From Guillardia theta CCMP2712 (lineage: Eukaryota; Protista; Cryptophyta), in assembly GCF_000315625.1 (NCBI RefSeq), contig NW_005434669.1, forward strand, positions 1 through 64,000: 64,000 bases of DNA, written 5' to 3'. The stretch's first letter is position 1. Each line of letters opens with the position of its first letter. A program made the translations under genes and the position numbers. Shown here piece after piece: positions 36,994-49,209 of this stretch. The notes under the pieces were generated by a model that worked only from the letters and a program-made list of their open reading frames with translations, did no database searches and had not been told where the DNA came from.

Positions 36994-39900
36994 TCACTTG
37001 GTGTGGAAAACCTGTGGAGTATCAGGAGCTTCGATAAATCAGCAAGCTCTTTGCACCATTGAGTCGACGAGGATAGTAGCGATGTGGAACGCGAGGTCTT
37101 CCTCGAGCTTGGTGAACTCCTTTGATGAGGACGTCTCAAGGTTTCTGCGCATCTCGACGACTCCAATAGGTCGCTGCGAGTCGAATGTGAGATGGAGTGT
37201 AGTGAAGAAGAGCTGGAGGGGGAGGAAGACGAAGGCGAGGAGGAGGATGAGGAGGAAGAGGTGGTGGTGGTGGAGGGAGACATGGAGGTGCTGGTGGTAA
37301 TTCTAAAGGAGCAAGGTGGGAGAACTACCAAGAGAGAGTTGTCCATAAGAGGATGGCACATGTAGACACAGGCGGGCCCGACATCCCGAACAATGCTCGA
37401 CTCGCTTCCAAGCGCATTTTGATCGCCCTGACATTGGTCTCTGCGATGACAAGTCAGACGTGAAATCACCTCGCCGACTCACTGCAAGCCCGAGTCTTGA
37501 ACGATGACTGGAGACACCTTGCGGAAACATGAGCCTGCGATGCCTGCGATGGGCACGATGGTGGAAGTCCTGCCGAGAATGTGAGGAAGAAGAGGAAGAG
37601 GAAGAGGAAGAGGAAGAGGAAGTGAATGAGAAAGATGAAATGCAAGGTGACTAGTTACCCTCCATGCTCGAAGCATCTCCAGGAGTCAGTGACCAGGTTG
37701 TTCTCATCAAAGATGGCTATGTACATCCTAATTTTCGCTGACATCACCGAGGAAATCTGAGAGATGGCGCTAGACAGCAAGACTTCAATGCTGCCACTGC
37801 TGGAGTAGAGAAAGCGCGACGACATGAGCATGGAGAGAGTCTGGGAACATGAGTGAGGCCAGCGAGGAGGAGCTTTCGATTCACCTGCCGCCTTGCATCG
37901 TTGAGCTGTTTTTGATGATTGAGATATGCCAAAGACTCTGAGATCTTCTTTCCTATCATCTTTGAAACAATCTCATCCGTGCCATCAAATGCTCCTGACA
38001 TGTCACTTGATCAGATTCAAGCATATCATTCAGCAAGACTGAACCAGATTGCTTGTTCAAGATCTCTATGATCAATGATGCTTGCTGTTTGCTTTTGAAG
38101 AAAGTGAGCTGGCTAAGAACAGAGGGATGGAGTGGTACTTGTTCATGACAGGAACATAGATGGCGTTTGAGAGCTTCAGACCTTCGCGTTGGTCGAAGGA
38201 GGGCTGAAAGCGAGGGTCCTGCAGGGCAGTCAGTCACTGCGACTTCATTGACGTCCGCATGCCTGTAAGAGGTTGTTCACGATCAACGTTTGCGACGTCA
38301 TGCAGCACAGGCCGACGAACCCTTGGTCTGACCTCAACAAGATTCTTCTTCCTGTGAACTCATCGATCGCTGTCGCCATGCCGCCTTCCCGCACAAACAC
38401 GTTGGCACGTTCGGCTTTGACGATGTCGCGAACGATCGTCCCGTACTTGACAAGCTGCTGGTCCAGGTCGGACTCGAAGTTGACCGGGTCTGTCAAGTTC
38501 ACCGACGCGTAAACTTTCGAGAGCAAGACGTTGTTGAGGATGGCACACGCGATGTGCTTGCCCAGCTGCAGCAGGAGCTGCGCGTCCTGCAAGAAGATCC
38601 GTCTCTCTCCGTCCGCGCTCCTGCTGATCACTTGGATGCAGCCAATCTGTCGCTGCCCATGCACGAGGGGCGCGCACAGGATGGCGCTGGCTGACCTGAC
38701 GCTTCGCTGATCCACCGCGGGGTCAAAGTGCTCGCTGCTGTGATCGAGGGTGTGAAAGACAAGGCTTCCTGTCTTGATGACATGGCCCGCGATGCCCGAG
38801 GCTGCCTCAGAGTAGGAGAGAGCAGCGACGTCGTCCTTGAGCTCGTACATGGCGCTTCCTCCATGTCCTGCCATGAACAGCACACACTCCACGGGACCGA
38901 AGGTAGACCGGATCATCGCCTTGATCTCGTTGACAAGATTCAGCGAGTCAAACTGCGACAGATCATGGACCTTTGACGCCTGCTCGACAATAAAGTTCTG
39001 CTTGTCCACTTGGTAGTCGAGTCGATTCCTCACAGCTTTCAACTCACTCCTAGTCATGGCGTTCTGCACCAGCGTTGCCGCAAGGGTCGAGAACTGCTCA
39101 ACTTTTGTCACGTCAGATTGATTGATCTTAGAGCCTATTCCTCGCTTGTTCATGAGCTGTAAGATGCCGATCATGGAGGATTCAGATTCAACTGAAAAGA
39201 CAGGAACACAGATGAGGTTATTGACTTCAAACTTGGTCAGGATACTCAGGTAGTAACTATGCCTGCTGTCCTGATGCACATTGAGACTCATCTGGTATGT
39301 CTTACTCTCAAATGCTCGCCCAGCAATTCCTGCCTCCGAAAGCTCAACACTCTTTGGTTCTTCGTCCGGGTGCAGCTTGACGGACAGTGTGCCATTCCCT
39401 TGGATCCTGAAGAACCAACATCTTTCAAATGCAAACAGCTTTTCCGCAAGCTTTCCGATTTCAAAGTAGCAATTCAATACATGATCCATGTGATACAAAT
39501 CGCCAATTGCTGAAATGGCAGCTGAAAAGTGATCGTAAGTTGTGGAAGCCCTTTCCTTTTCCAAAATGTGTTGAAGTTTCAGGCCCCAAGAGTTTGACAT
39601 GATCTTAACAGTTTCGAGGACCCAAGGATCAAACCTCGAGTGCTTTTCTTCGCACTTGATGGCCAAGACAACCCCAACGGTCTTACCGTAGGCCTGCAGT
39701 GCTATCGTCATGAGTGCTTCCATTGTTTCGTTCGGACACAAAAGTTTAGAGATCGTTTTGAGCTTCAACACTTGTTTCTCCGAAAGTCTGTCCTTTGTTT
39801 CAGATGGAAAGTTGAGAGAGCCTTGGTTTTGAAGAGTGTGTGAAAACGGAAAGCTATCGGCTTCAAAATAGATGTAGTTTCCGTTGCTGTCTAGTCGTTT

Positions 39901-41250
39901 CGTCCAAAGGAGCGATGACTCCGAATCTAGAATGAGCAAGAAGCAGTGGCGGCACTGTGCAACTGCAGTAACAAAGGAGTTGATGCTTCGCTCTGCTGCA
40001 TCGACATCCTCCCACGCTGATTGAAGCTCTTGGCTTGCAGCTGGATTCATCTTCATCAAGTTGTAGTGCAGGGCACCCGCCATGTTGCCGACGAGCTCCA
40101 GATTGTTTCGATCGTTGTCGGTGAATTTTACGTGTTTGCAGTTTCTCACTTGCAAGAAGCCCACAGCTCTAGAGTGGTGGGAGACAGGGCAGTATAAAGA
40201 TCCAAGATGCTGTCTCGCACTTACCGACGCGTTCTCGATTCTAAGGGAAGAATTGAAATTGGTCGATGAAGACAGAACTTGCTCAAAGATTCCTTTAAGA
40301 GGAATTCTGCTCTCCTTAAACGTTTCTGTCTTGGATTCTGTAGATTTTGACCATGTGCACAGGTCCATGTTCTCGTTATCTATGATGAAGCAATTGGCTT
40401 TCTCAGCATCACAGACTTCTTTGCAGACAACGCCGGTGGCGTGGACTAGTTCGACAAGATCTGAGCATTTGGCAAGCTCAATGAATCTGTTAATGATGGT
40501 TGTCAGCTTTCGGTTTTGAGAATCGATTCGTTCAAACTTGTTGCACAACTCTAAGGTGACAGTGGCCTGTCTCCCCAGCAGATCCAAACAGGTCATATCC
40601 ATGCTCGTGAATCCTCCGACAACTTTGTTGGCAACCTGAAGCACGCCCACAAGCTTTCCTAAGATTGTGTACACAGGAACGCAGGCAATCGTCTTCACTC
40701 CTGGAGATGGTGCCCAATCAACAAGCGCATCAAACCTTGAGTCATGGTGCGGGCGATTGCTGATGATGGCTCGCTTCTCGTTGATACATGCGCCAGCCAA
40801 GCCTTGGCATGGAAACAAGCCGTTGTCGCCTCTTCTCCCTTTGACCCGTAGCATTGCGTTGTTCTTTTCATCCTTCTCAATCAGAAAGAGCGTCGCACTC
40901 TTGCATGAAGCTATTTGTTTTGCGGCCGACAGAACTCTTTCTATGGCAGAACATGTTTCCGTATCAACTGCTGATTGCAATATGATCGGGTAAATGTCAT
41001 GAATCGTCGCCATGTCGCTCGAACCCTCAAGCTCAGCGGCTTCATTGGGTGCTACTCTTGCAGTCTGCGGCTGCGGCAGCAAAGAACCAGTCGCCTGCAA
41101 TCTTGGGTGGAGGTGGAGGCGCAGAGATGAAGGAAGTGACTTGGCGCTGCTATCCGACGCCTGCAGGGCGGGATCGCGAGCTCCTTTTAGAGGGTCCAGC
41201 AGACGCAGGCGACGGGAGAGAGGGTTTCTAGCAACGAGAGGCTCGGGCAT
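36994..41250 (-). CDS. Multi-GAF-domain protein (about 6-7 GAF repeats)
   Basis: 1002-aa ORF with repeated GIAG/GLAG..FD..VD..ILCxP..IG.LQ..NK..F..D GAF motifs. Further GAF-like exons extend to ~37.0 kb. Confidence 0.85.
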
Positions 41251-41379
41251 CACCTCAACACAAACCTCGCTCTGAAGCTTCCGGAGCTCAACGCGCCCCT
41301 CTTAGGGCCTCAGTTGCTGACTGTGAGCATGTGGGATGCTCCTCTTCCCCTAAGGAGGTCGCATCCTATGATGCGCGTG

Positions 41380-42030
41380 TGATCATCACTGATGACAGGC
41401 TAGGGGCCATGATGGTACGCGGCACGGCGACCGTGCATTGCGACGGTCCAGGCCGGACCGAACGCCGTTGGCACTGCCGAGCCATTGCAAGACTAAAACA
41501 CTGTCTTCACTATGGCAGCGGTTATATTTCAGTTACACTTGTGCAGCAGTCAAACGGTCCGTGTCATAGAAGTTAGCAAATCTTTACTCAAAAAGTTAAG
41601 TTAAAACAGAACTACTACTTGCTTAAATTTGAGTAATAATCTATTGCCGCGACTCAACTGCCGAAAAGGCTCCGGCGCTGGCCCCCGGAGTGCCGACCCT
41701 AAGAGTACGGTCTAAAAGTAATAAATCTTTAAAAATAGTTTTAAAGGGTTTTGATACATGAAAGGGTTAGAACTTTGGGGGAGGGTACTTTGATTGAGTA
41801 AAGCTTCAGGTACTTTGCGACGCATCACACAAGGAGAAAAGGCCTGCAAGTGTCTAGTTGAAACCCTCTGAACCCGGAAGTTTTTATACTACCCTGACCC
41901 CTTCAAATATTTAGGTGATCTAAAACTCTGACACTTTGAGGGGCCATGGGGGGTAGTAGGGGGCCCACCCTACCCCACATAAAACATCTCCCCCCCCCTC
42001 CCGCAGTTACCCCGCCAATGCAGCCTGGCA
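41380..42030. promoter_or_regulatory. Divergent intergenic region with island motifs (TTTACTCAA x2, AGTTAAGTTAA, G/C runs)
   Basis: Lies between the GAF gene (-) and the Zn2Cys6 gene (+); motifs are shared with the islands at 23.6 and 33.5 kb. Confidence 0.4.
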
Positions 42031-42333
42031 AGTGGCAAAGGCGAGAAGTAGTGAGGGCAGGGGCAGGACGTCGAGGGCATGGTAGGTTAAGGAGAGTAAA
42101 GCAGAGACTAGGGAGAACATGGGAAGGGAAGAAAAGAAGTCTTTGTACAGGCCGTTTCACAACATAAGTCAGGACAGGACCATCGTATTAGGTTTTCTAG
42201 AGCTTCAAGCTTATGTTTGGGCCTTCAGGGTTTGGTTTTGACCATTGTCCTTTGTGTTAAAAGAGTATTTTCAAGTTCCTCACTTTGCTGTCATGCCAGG
42301 AACAATACCTTTAAAAGTGCGATTTTGCTCAAC

Positions 42334-44702
42334 ATGATGGATAGCGAACAAACATCTCAAGGTTCTGTGTTATGCACACTTGTCCTCCTCATTTCCTCTT
42401 TTTCCGTAGCAGCAGATGCATCTCCGCTGGAAGCAGCCGAAGTTACAGATGAAGGGAGCGTGACAGGGAAGAAGAAGGCGACAAAGAGGGCATGCATGCC
42501 TTGCCGAAGATCAAAAGTCAAGTGCGATGAGGCCAGACCATGTGGACGATGCATGCAGCGGGGAATGGAGGCGGCTTGCCAGGTGCGGTGTCAGATGAGA
42601 CAGCTGTCAACCTCCCCCGTTCCTCGAGAGCTTTTGTGATGGAGCCCCTGCAGGAGGACCCAGTCTCATCTCCTGGTCTCGCCTCGGACTGCCTGCAGTC
42701 TCGTCTCTCTGTCGATCAATTCCACTCGCAGGTGATGGTCGTTAACATCAATGAGAACCCCCTCACGAGCAAGTAGTGCCCGTATCTGGTGGCGATCTTG
42801 CAGAAATGGCCGTATCAAGTGTTTTTGAGGTTTGTTGTTGATGTTACAAATCTGTGTCTCTGAGAAGTTCCGAAGGTATTGCGAGGAAAGAAGTGAAGGA
42901 GAAGCGCTCGTCAAGATTCTCAACAGGTTATTTCCACACCTCGTTGCTGAAATCAAACCTCAGAAGGTGTTGAATTTTTCTGGTGCAGCCTTCCGCCATA
43001 TCTCAGTAGTATTATGCATACTGCATTCGCTGCTGTAGATGAGGTGAGGACAAGGAGGGGTATGTGACAAACATGTGAAAACTTGAACAAGCTTGAAAAT
43101 CAAACACGCAACAAACTTCGTCTGCTTGTCCCTGCAACTTCTCTAGCCCAGCATCATGACTCGTCCGAAAAGGTGAGATCGAGTTGATCTGTGATGTCTG
43201 AAGATGGATGAATTCGATGCTGCAGGAGTTAGAAGGAATTCAAAATCACCAATGGGAAAAACTCAAGGTTGCTCCATCAAGGACAAGAAACTTGTCTGAC
43301 TTGAGCTACCCAGGACAGGGGATTCTTGAGAATCACATGGTGTCCTCAGAAAAATAGGAGAAAAGACTGTAAGCACTTGACATTCTCTCATCCTGTTCGC
43401 TGAACATCTCGGCAGTGTATGTCAATCAGTACTTCGCAAAACTAGCCGGCGCAGCGCGCGAGGAGGTTTTAGAGAAGTTGTGGCTGAGACAGGTAATCTC
43501 GCTCTGAACACAGCTAACAAGCTTTGCGACGTACTGAGATGAATGCAGGCTCCTTTTACAATGACGGAGTTTGAATACCTCTGCTTGTTGTTGGACGACA
43601 TTGATAACTCTCAATCGGTTCCTTTTTAACTGTCTAACATCATCACTGAAATGAAGCAGGTGAGTCTCTCACGTTACATTCGTTGTACTGCGTCCTGGTC
43701 AAGCAACTCGGCTCCCGTTTTTCTCCACCAGGTTGATTCCTTTCTTTACTGTCATGGAGGGGAGCATGGGGAAGAAAACAAGAGGCTGATTGTACATGTC
43801 AGACCACGGGGAAACAACTGGATGTTGCAGGTTTGTTCGTATTCGTTGCTATCGTGCAAGAATTGAAATCTTGGTCTGTTTGCTTTCCTGTCTTTCAGGT
43901 CAGTTGGAACAGTTGCGGAAGGTGACCTAGACCGATATCTGGAGTTGTCCAATAAAATGTGTGAACAGGTACACAGAGTCATCACGCCAGAGGAGTACGA
44001 ACAGGAAGCGGCGAAGATGAAGGTGGGCGATGGAAGTTCTGATAGACGACCTGCTAATGAGATGCATGTTCTCTGAATCTTTTTCAAGGCTGAATGCCAA
44101 CAGCTTCCTCTTTGTATGCTATTTAACGAAAACAGAACCGCTGAGGATTTGTTGGTGAGGAGAGTGGAACAAGGCAGGATGAAGTGACGGGCAGCAGGCG
44201 AATTTCCGCTCTGAGCGACAAGAAAGCATTGAGTCGATGAGCAAGACCAAGGAAGGAAGCAAGAAGCTGATGCAACTGGCTCAGGTGTTCTCCTCCTCTT
44301 GCTGCTTTCGAGGGATCTAAACTTCCAGGGCAGGAGCTGCAGGGAAGGTTTAGAGAGAGAGTGGAACTTGCCGCCAACCTCCCAAAGGAGAATGGAGAAG
44401 CTGCAGCGTCGCGGAAACCCCTAGGAAGGGAGGAGAAAGGTATACGCTGCTGTCCTACCATCATTCCTCCTTGTGACTCTCATGCCCGGGTAGCCAACGC
44501 GATCCTGGACAAGATGAAGATGGATATGGATATGATTCAAGAGGACGCGCCCAGCGCCTCTTCCGAGCCCTTCAAGTACCATCAGGGCGCTGATGTCTTG
44601 CAAGCGAAAGCCATCCCTACGGGCATTGTCAGCGCCGCCAACTCCTTCCCGGAAATGCGAGGAAACAACTCGGGTCAGGCGCATCTCTTGTTTCGCGGCC
44701 AT

Positions 44703-44740
<38 letters not shown>

Positions 44741-45335
44741 CCAGCAGCCCTTCCAGCCCCAATCCCAACCCCAGTACCAGCCCCAGCCCCAGCCCCAGTA
44801 CCAGCAGCACCAGCCCCAGTACCAGCACCAGCCACCCCACCAGCCATCGCACCAACAGCAGTTTCAGCAGCAGTTTCAGCAGCCCCAGCAACCGCAGCAG
44901 CAGTTCCAGCAGCAGTTCCAGCAGCCCCAGCAGTTCCAGCAGCCCCAGCAGTTCCAGCAGCCCCAGCAGTTCCAGCAACCCCAGCAGTTCCAGCAGTCCC
45001 AGCAGCATTTCTTTCCTCAGTTCGGCTTGAACGTGGCCGGGTCTTCAGCTGCATACCCGCCCAGCATGATGCCTCAGCAGGTGAATCCAGCTGGTCTGCA
45101 GCTGGAGGGAGAGAGGAAGGTGATGATGCCCGACTCTCGCATGGGGATGAGCGAAGGCTCCTCAGCGTCTGCTCTGCCTCAGAACCCCCTCGCCTCCATC
45201 ATGTCGGGTCAGTTCATGGCCGGCCATATGGACATTCGCAACCAGATGGGGATGGCTGGGCCGAGCAGCTTGAAACCAGCTGGGGTCTACCCTCAGATGA
45301 ACATCAACAACCAGTTTCCTGGCCATGGAATGTAA
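42334..45335 (+). CDS. Zn(II)2Cys6 transcription factor with Q/P-rich C-terminus, multi-exon
   Basis: ACMPCRRSKVKCDEARPCGRCMQRGMEAAC; last exon has poly-Q and (QQFQQP)n. Joining these into one gene is inferred. Confidence 0.7.
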
Positions 45336-45421
45336 CCCAGTGGAGGCATTTAATAAAGCCAGAGTTAAAAGACGCAAAGCACTCGCTTTCTTACTGTACA
45401 GGATCAAGTCGTCTTCAAGTG

Positions 45422-48063
45422 TCACACGTGGAAGGTCGAATCTTTCTGCGAGCAGTCGTCAAGCAAGTCGACCCCCCTCAATCCCTCACCTGCTCCTCTC
45501 TTGCGAGGTCCGAGAGCGCCTGGTCCGGCGTGAAGGCTCTCCTCACATCTCCTCTGCCGGTTATGAGCTTCGCCTGCACGCAAGGTTTAAGCTCTAGAGC
45601 TTCTCGCCAAGCTCGCTTCAATCTCACATGTCCTTGCCGCTGGAAGGATGGCTGGCCGGTAGCTCGGATCATTCGGTTGTACATTCTCGATGTCTCCTTC
45701 ACAACCGGCTGCAGGGTCGCCGTCAAGAAGGGCAAGGCAACCATGTTCAACAACCTTGTTCTTCTCGTTGATGATTGACATGGGGATGTAAACGTATCGC
45801 TGTGGGCCATCAGCACAAGTAACCGCAGTCACCGACCAGCTTTACCTGGCTGACTCTTCCGACCACAAGATGCATCAAGCCGGCGAAGGCGGCTGTCAGC
45901 CTGAGTCAGATCTCGACGACAAGCTCTCGACACTCAAGCACCATGTACAGCCGACGAGCCAACGATGTTGCAGAAAATCCTGTCGGAGGCTGTGGGTGTG
46001 TGAGCGTGCGAAAGGTCCAACAAGCGTAGCAGAACAAGGAGGAACACAAGGGTGGCTCACCCAGGGCTGGCATGCTTCTGATGTACCACTCTGGTGTGCT
46101 CAGACGAACTGTGACCTGGTCGTTTCGTCATGAGCAGATCAACGACCCATGGAAACGCTTACATGTAGTCCGCGCTTACTGAAAAAATCTATGGCATATT
46201 CTTTGAGGTACTGAAGGGGCGGGTGTAAATCTCATTTCACACAAGTAAGACAGCAGATACCTGTCCAATGTCAAAAGTTTCAAAAGCGAGGCCGCGGGCA
46301 CATTCCTGTTTCAGGTATAAGAGAAAACACATTCATACAAAACAATTGTGCGTACCTCTTTCATCGAATGACCCGATGCAGTTCGTGGCACCAACTTCCC
46401 AATGCATTCGTCCATGGAGCCTCCAACTGGCGTCCTGTCCCCAGTGTCCTGCACCGACGGTTGGCAATAGTCTTCTCAAGCTAAGCAAACTTTACCACAT
46501 CAAGTTGGGCTCTCCATTTCTTGACAAGTTCTTCAGCAGCTCCATCTTCAACGACAATGATCGCATATCCCTTGCTTGCAATCACTTTGGATACATACTC
46601 GAATACGACCTAGTTGGGCAGCCCTCAACGACGAGGCCAGACGAAAGGGTTAGGGTTACCTTAGGGTCAAATGGCACAGCTTTGAGAAGACAGACATCGG
46701 CATCGCCCGACGCCATCACGGCATGCAGGCACATGAAACCAGAGCCGAGCTTGATGATTCCAATGCCACCTTGCACGCTGCTCGCCGCCAACAGCACACG
46801 GTGAATGGCGTCCACAGCTCCTTGAACGACCGTATCGAAGCCGATGCACTTGTCGATGTAAGGGAAGTTGTTCTCGATCGATTTGGGAATCAGAATGACG
46901 CTCAGTTTCATCTTGCGCTTGATAGCACCAAGCTGAATATCCGATGCACTCTTGCAAGTCTCGACATTTCCGAGCACGTACAGCTGGTTGATCCCTCGTT
47001 CTTCTAGCACATTCAGCGTTTCCTCAACGTCACAGGGGTCTGCCGAGTAGCCCAAGATTGAGCCTCCTTCCTTATGGATGTGAGCTACCCTTTCTTGTGT
47101 CAGCTCAAGCCATTCCTTCAGCCATGTCAGTCATCAACAAGTACAGGAGGCTTCTCCTGACCTTGGCAGCCCCATCTGTAAACCCTCGCCATCCAAACCT
47201 CACTCCCCATGCTCTTCGAACATTGTAGGCGAGGTCCAGGCTCCCAACGATTTCACGAACGACGATGTTGATACCGGGGTCTAGCCCACCACAAGAAACG
47301 ATGGCAGCATTGACCTCTGATGGGGTGAAGTAGGTCTGCTTGCGCGGGCCAGCCCTCACCCACTGGCTATACACCAACCCTTTACTCTAACAAGGAAACG
47401 AGTAAGGAAAGCACCGAGATAATGCGGTCACCCCCACCTGAGCTCGCAAGGAGTTGCAGAAGACAGTGTCAGTCACAGTCTCGTTGATCCCGACGAAGTT
47501 GGTGTTGATTGGCCACGAACGTGTGAGGAGAGGATTCTGGTACTGTTGAAGATGGGGCAAGTAGCTCTGTAGCTGCAACACTTCATTCACTATGAATGTC
47601 TCAGTGATTTGAGAAGTTCTCCTGTAAAGGCAATTTAATCAATCAGCGTATCAGCATGCCATGAGCGGCGGGATTTCATACCTCCCGTCACTGGTTTGAG
47701 TCATGGGAATCGGGATTTCTTCAGTGGACATCTCGTCTCTATGCTCGTCTTTGCTCATTTGCCTCGAGCTTGTAATGAAGGACAAGATCAAAACACAAGT
47801 AAAACACAATCAGCTTCTTACCACAAGCTCTCCGTGCTGACACTCTCCCGGATGCCTTCATGCAGCTCGTCGTCAAGCGTAAGAGTACTTCCTCCTCGCA
47901 TTCTCAGCACGTTGTGAAGTCTCAGAGGACGTATGCCAGCCATTGCTGGCTGCACACCACCTCTAGAGTATGAACTTCCAAGCCCCCGCGGGGATGCACA
48001 CGCGCCCATCAACGACACTGCGAGCCACAAGCATCTATACGCCTCCCTCCCGCTGCTCCACAT
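45422..48063 (-). CDS. pfk: ATP-dependent phosphofructokinase-like protein (plant/protist group X type) with signal presequence, multi-exon
   Basis: RAGPRKQTYF, AAIVSCGGLDPGINIVVREIV, GGSILG, IPKSIENN..IDKCIGFDTVV, MYNRMIRATGQPSF. N-terminus is hydrophobic and contains LRMRGG. Confidence 0.85.
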
Positions 48064-49209
48064 TCCCCGCCGCTCACTCGAGGCTTTGCGAGGCATGGAT
48101 GTCAAACCTGTCGGTTCTGCCATGCGATTATTCAGATCCATAAAGATCTGGTCCTCTCCTCTCCTCTCTCCCGCCCTGCTTGCATGCCGCTCTTCACTCC
48201 TTCCTCTGCGCCTCCCTCCCTGCATTTGCCGTAATTCTTAAAATGAGTTTTAGCTTCTCGTTGTATATTTGTAGGAAGAGAACGACAATTCTACCATTTC
48301 TAAAACGTAAAAGTGAAGAAACGTAAGGCGGATAAGTCGAATATAACTATGTTGGGGCTGATAAAACAGTTTTTGAAAGACAAAGAGTACCTGAATGTGA
48401 CCCCCGTCTCGTACAAATATAACATTTTAAAATTAAAAACAGCACTTAAGAACAAAGAGGGGTGGGGTCATGAAATTGGGCACCCTACCAGTTAGCCGAG
48501 AACAAATAGTCATATCTTCGAGGGGTGGGTACCTCCGAAACAGATTGAGAGGGGTGGGTAAGGCGGTTACACCTGTTGCGCGATTTTTGGCGTTCGGAGG
48601 GTGGGGTGGGGTTAGTCTGGTTCTGAAGGGGTGGGGGTGTTGAAGCAACAGTGGTGTTCTAGAAGTATAGACCTTGAATGAATGGGTGGGGTGAAAGAGT
48701 CTCGGGGTACAGCATGTCGTAGGGGTAGTCTCATACAGTCAGGGTGGGTTGTCCCTCAATAGACTGCGAGGCAGCAACTGAATCATAGGAAATCAGATTG
48801 CTGCCTTGGGGTTCCTTAATTCTGCCCGGAAATGCGCAGGGAGGGGGCAGGATGAGCGATGCAGGAGCACAGGAATGTGAAGGGAGCGAAACAGTGTACA
48901 GGGTGTGCAGATCATGACGGCTGATGATGCTCTGGATGCCATGGCGGCATCACGGTGGGAGAGGTGGAGAGCAAGCACAAGGAGGACCCGCTGTGGAGGC
49001 CTCGACTTCAATGTCTGAGAAGGAAACCATGAATGGTGCTGTAAGTAGGAATGCATACGAGCATGCTGACGTACACGCTGAGCATCGTCTGCCTCCTGCG
49101 CATGTGGATTGATATTATTTTGTTCCACTACAAGTGGATGCCCGGAGAGTAGAGAGAGGTTGATTAAGATTGTTTATAAGATATGCCATGTTATCTCCTA
49201 CAGTACTGA

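Noticed and set aside
38245-41253. cNMP phosphodiesterase call for the GAF protein
   Set aside because: No PDEase catalytic motifs were found in downstream exons.
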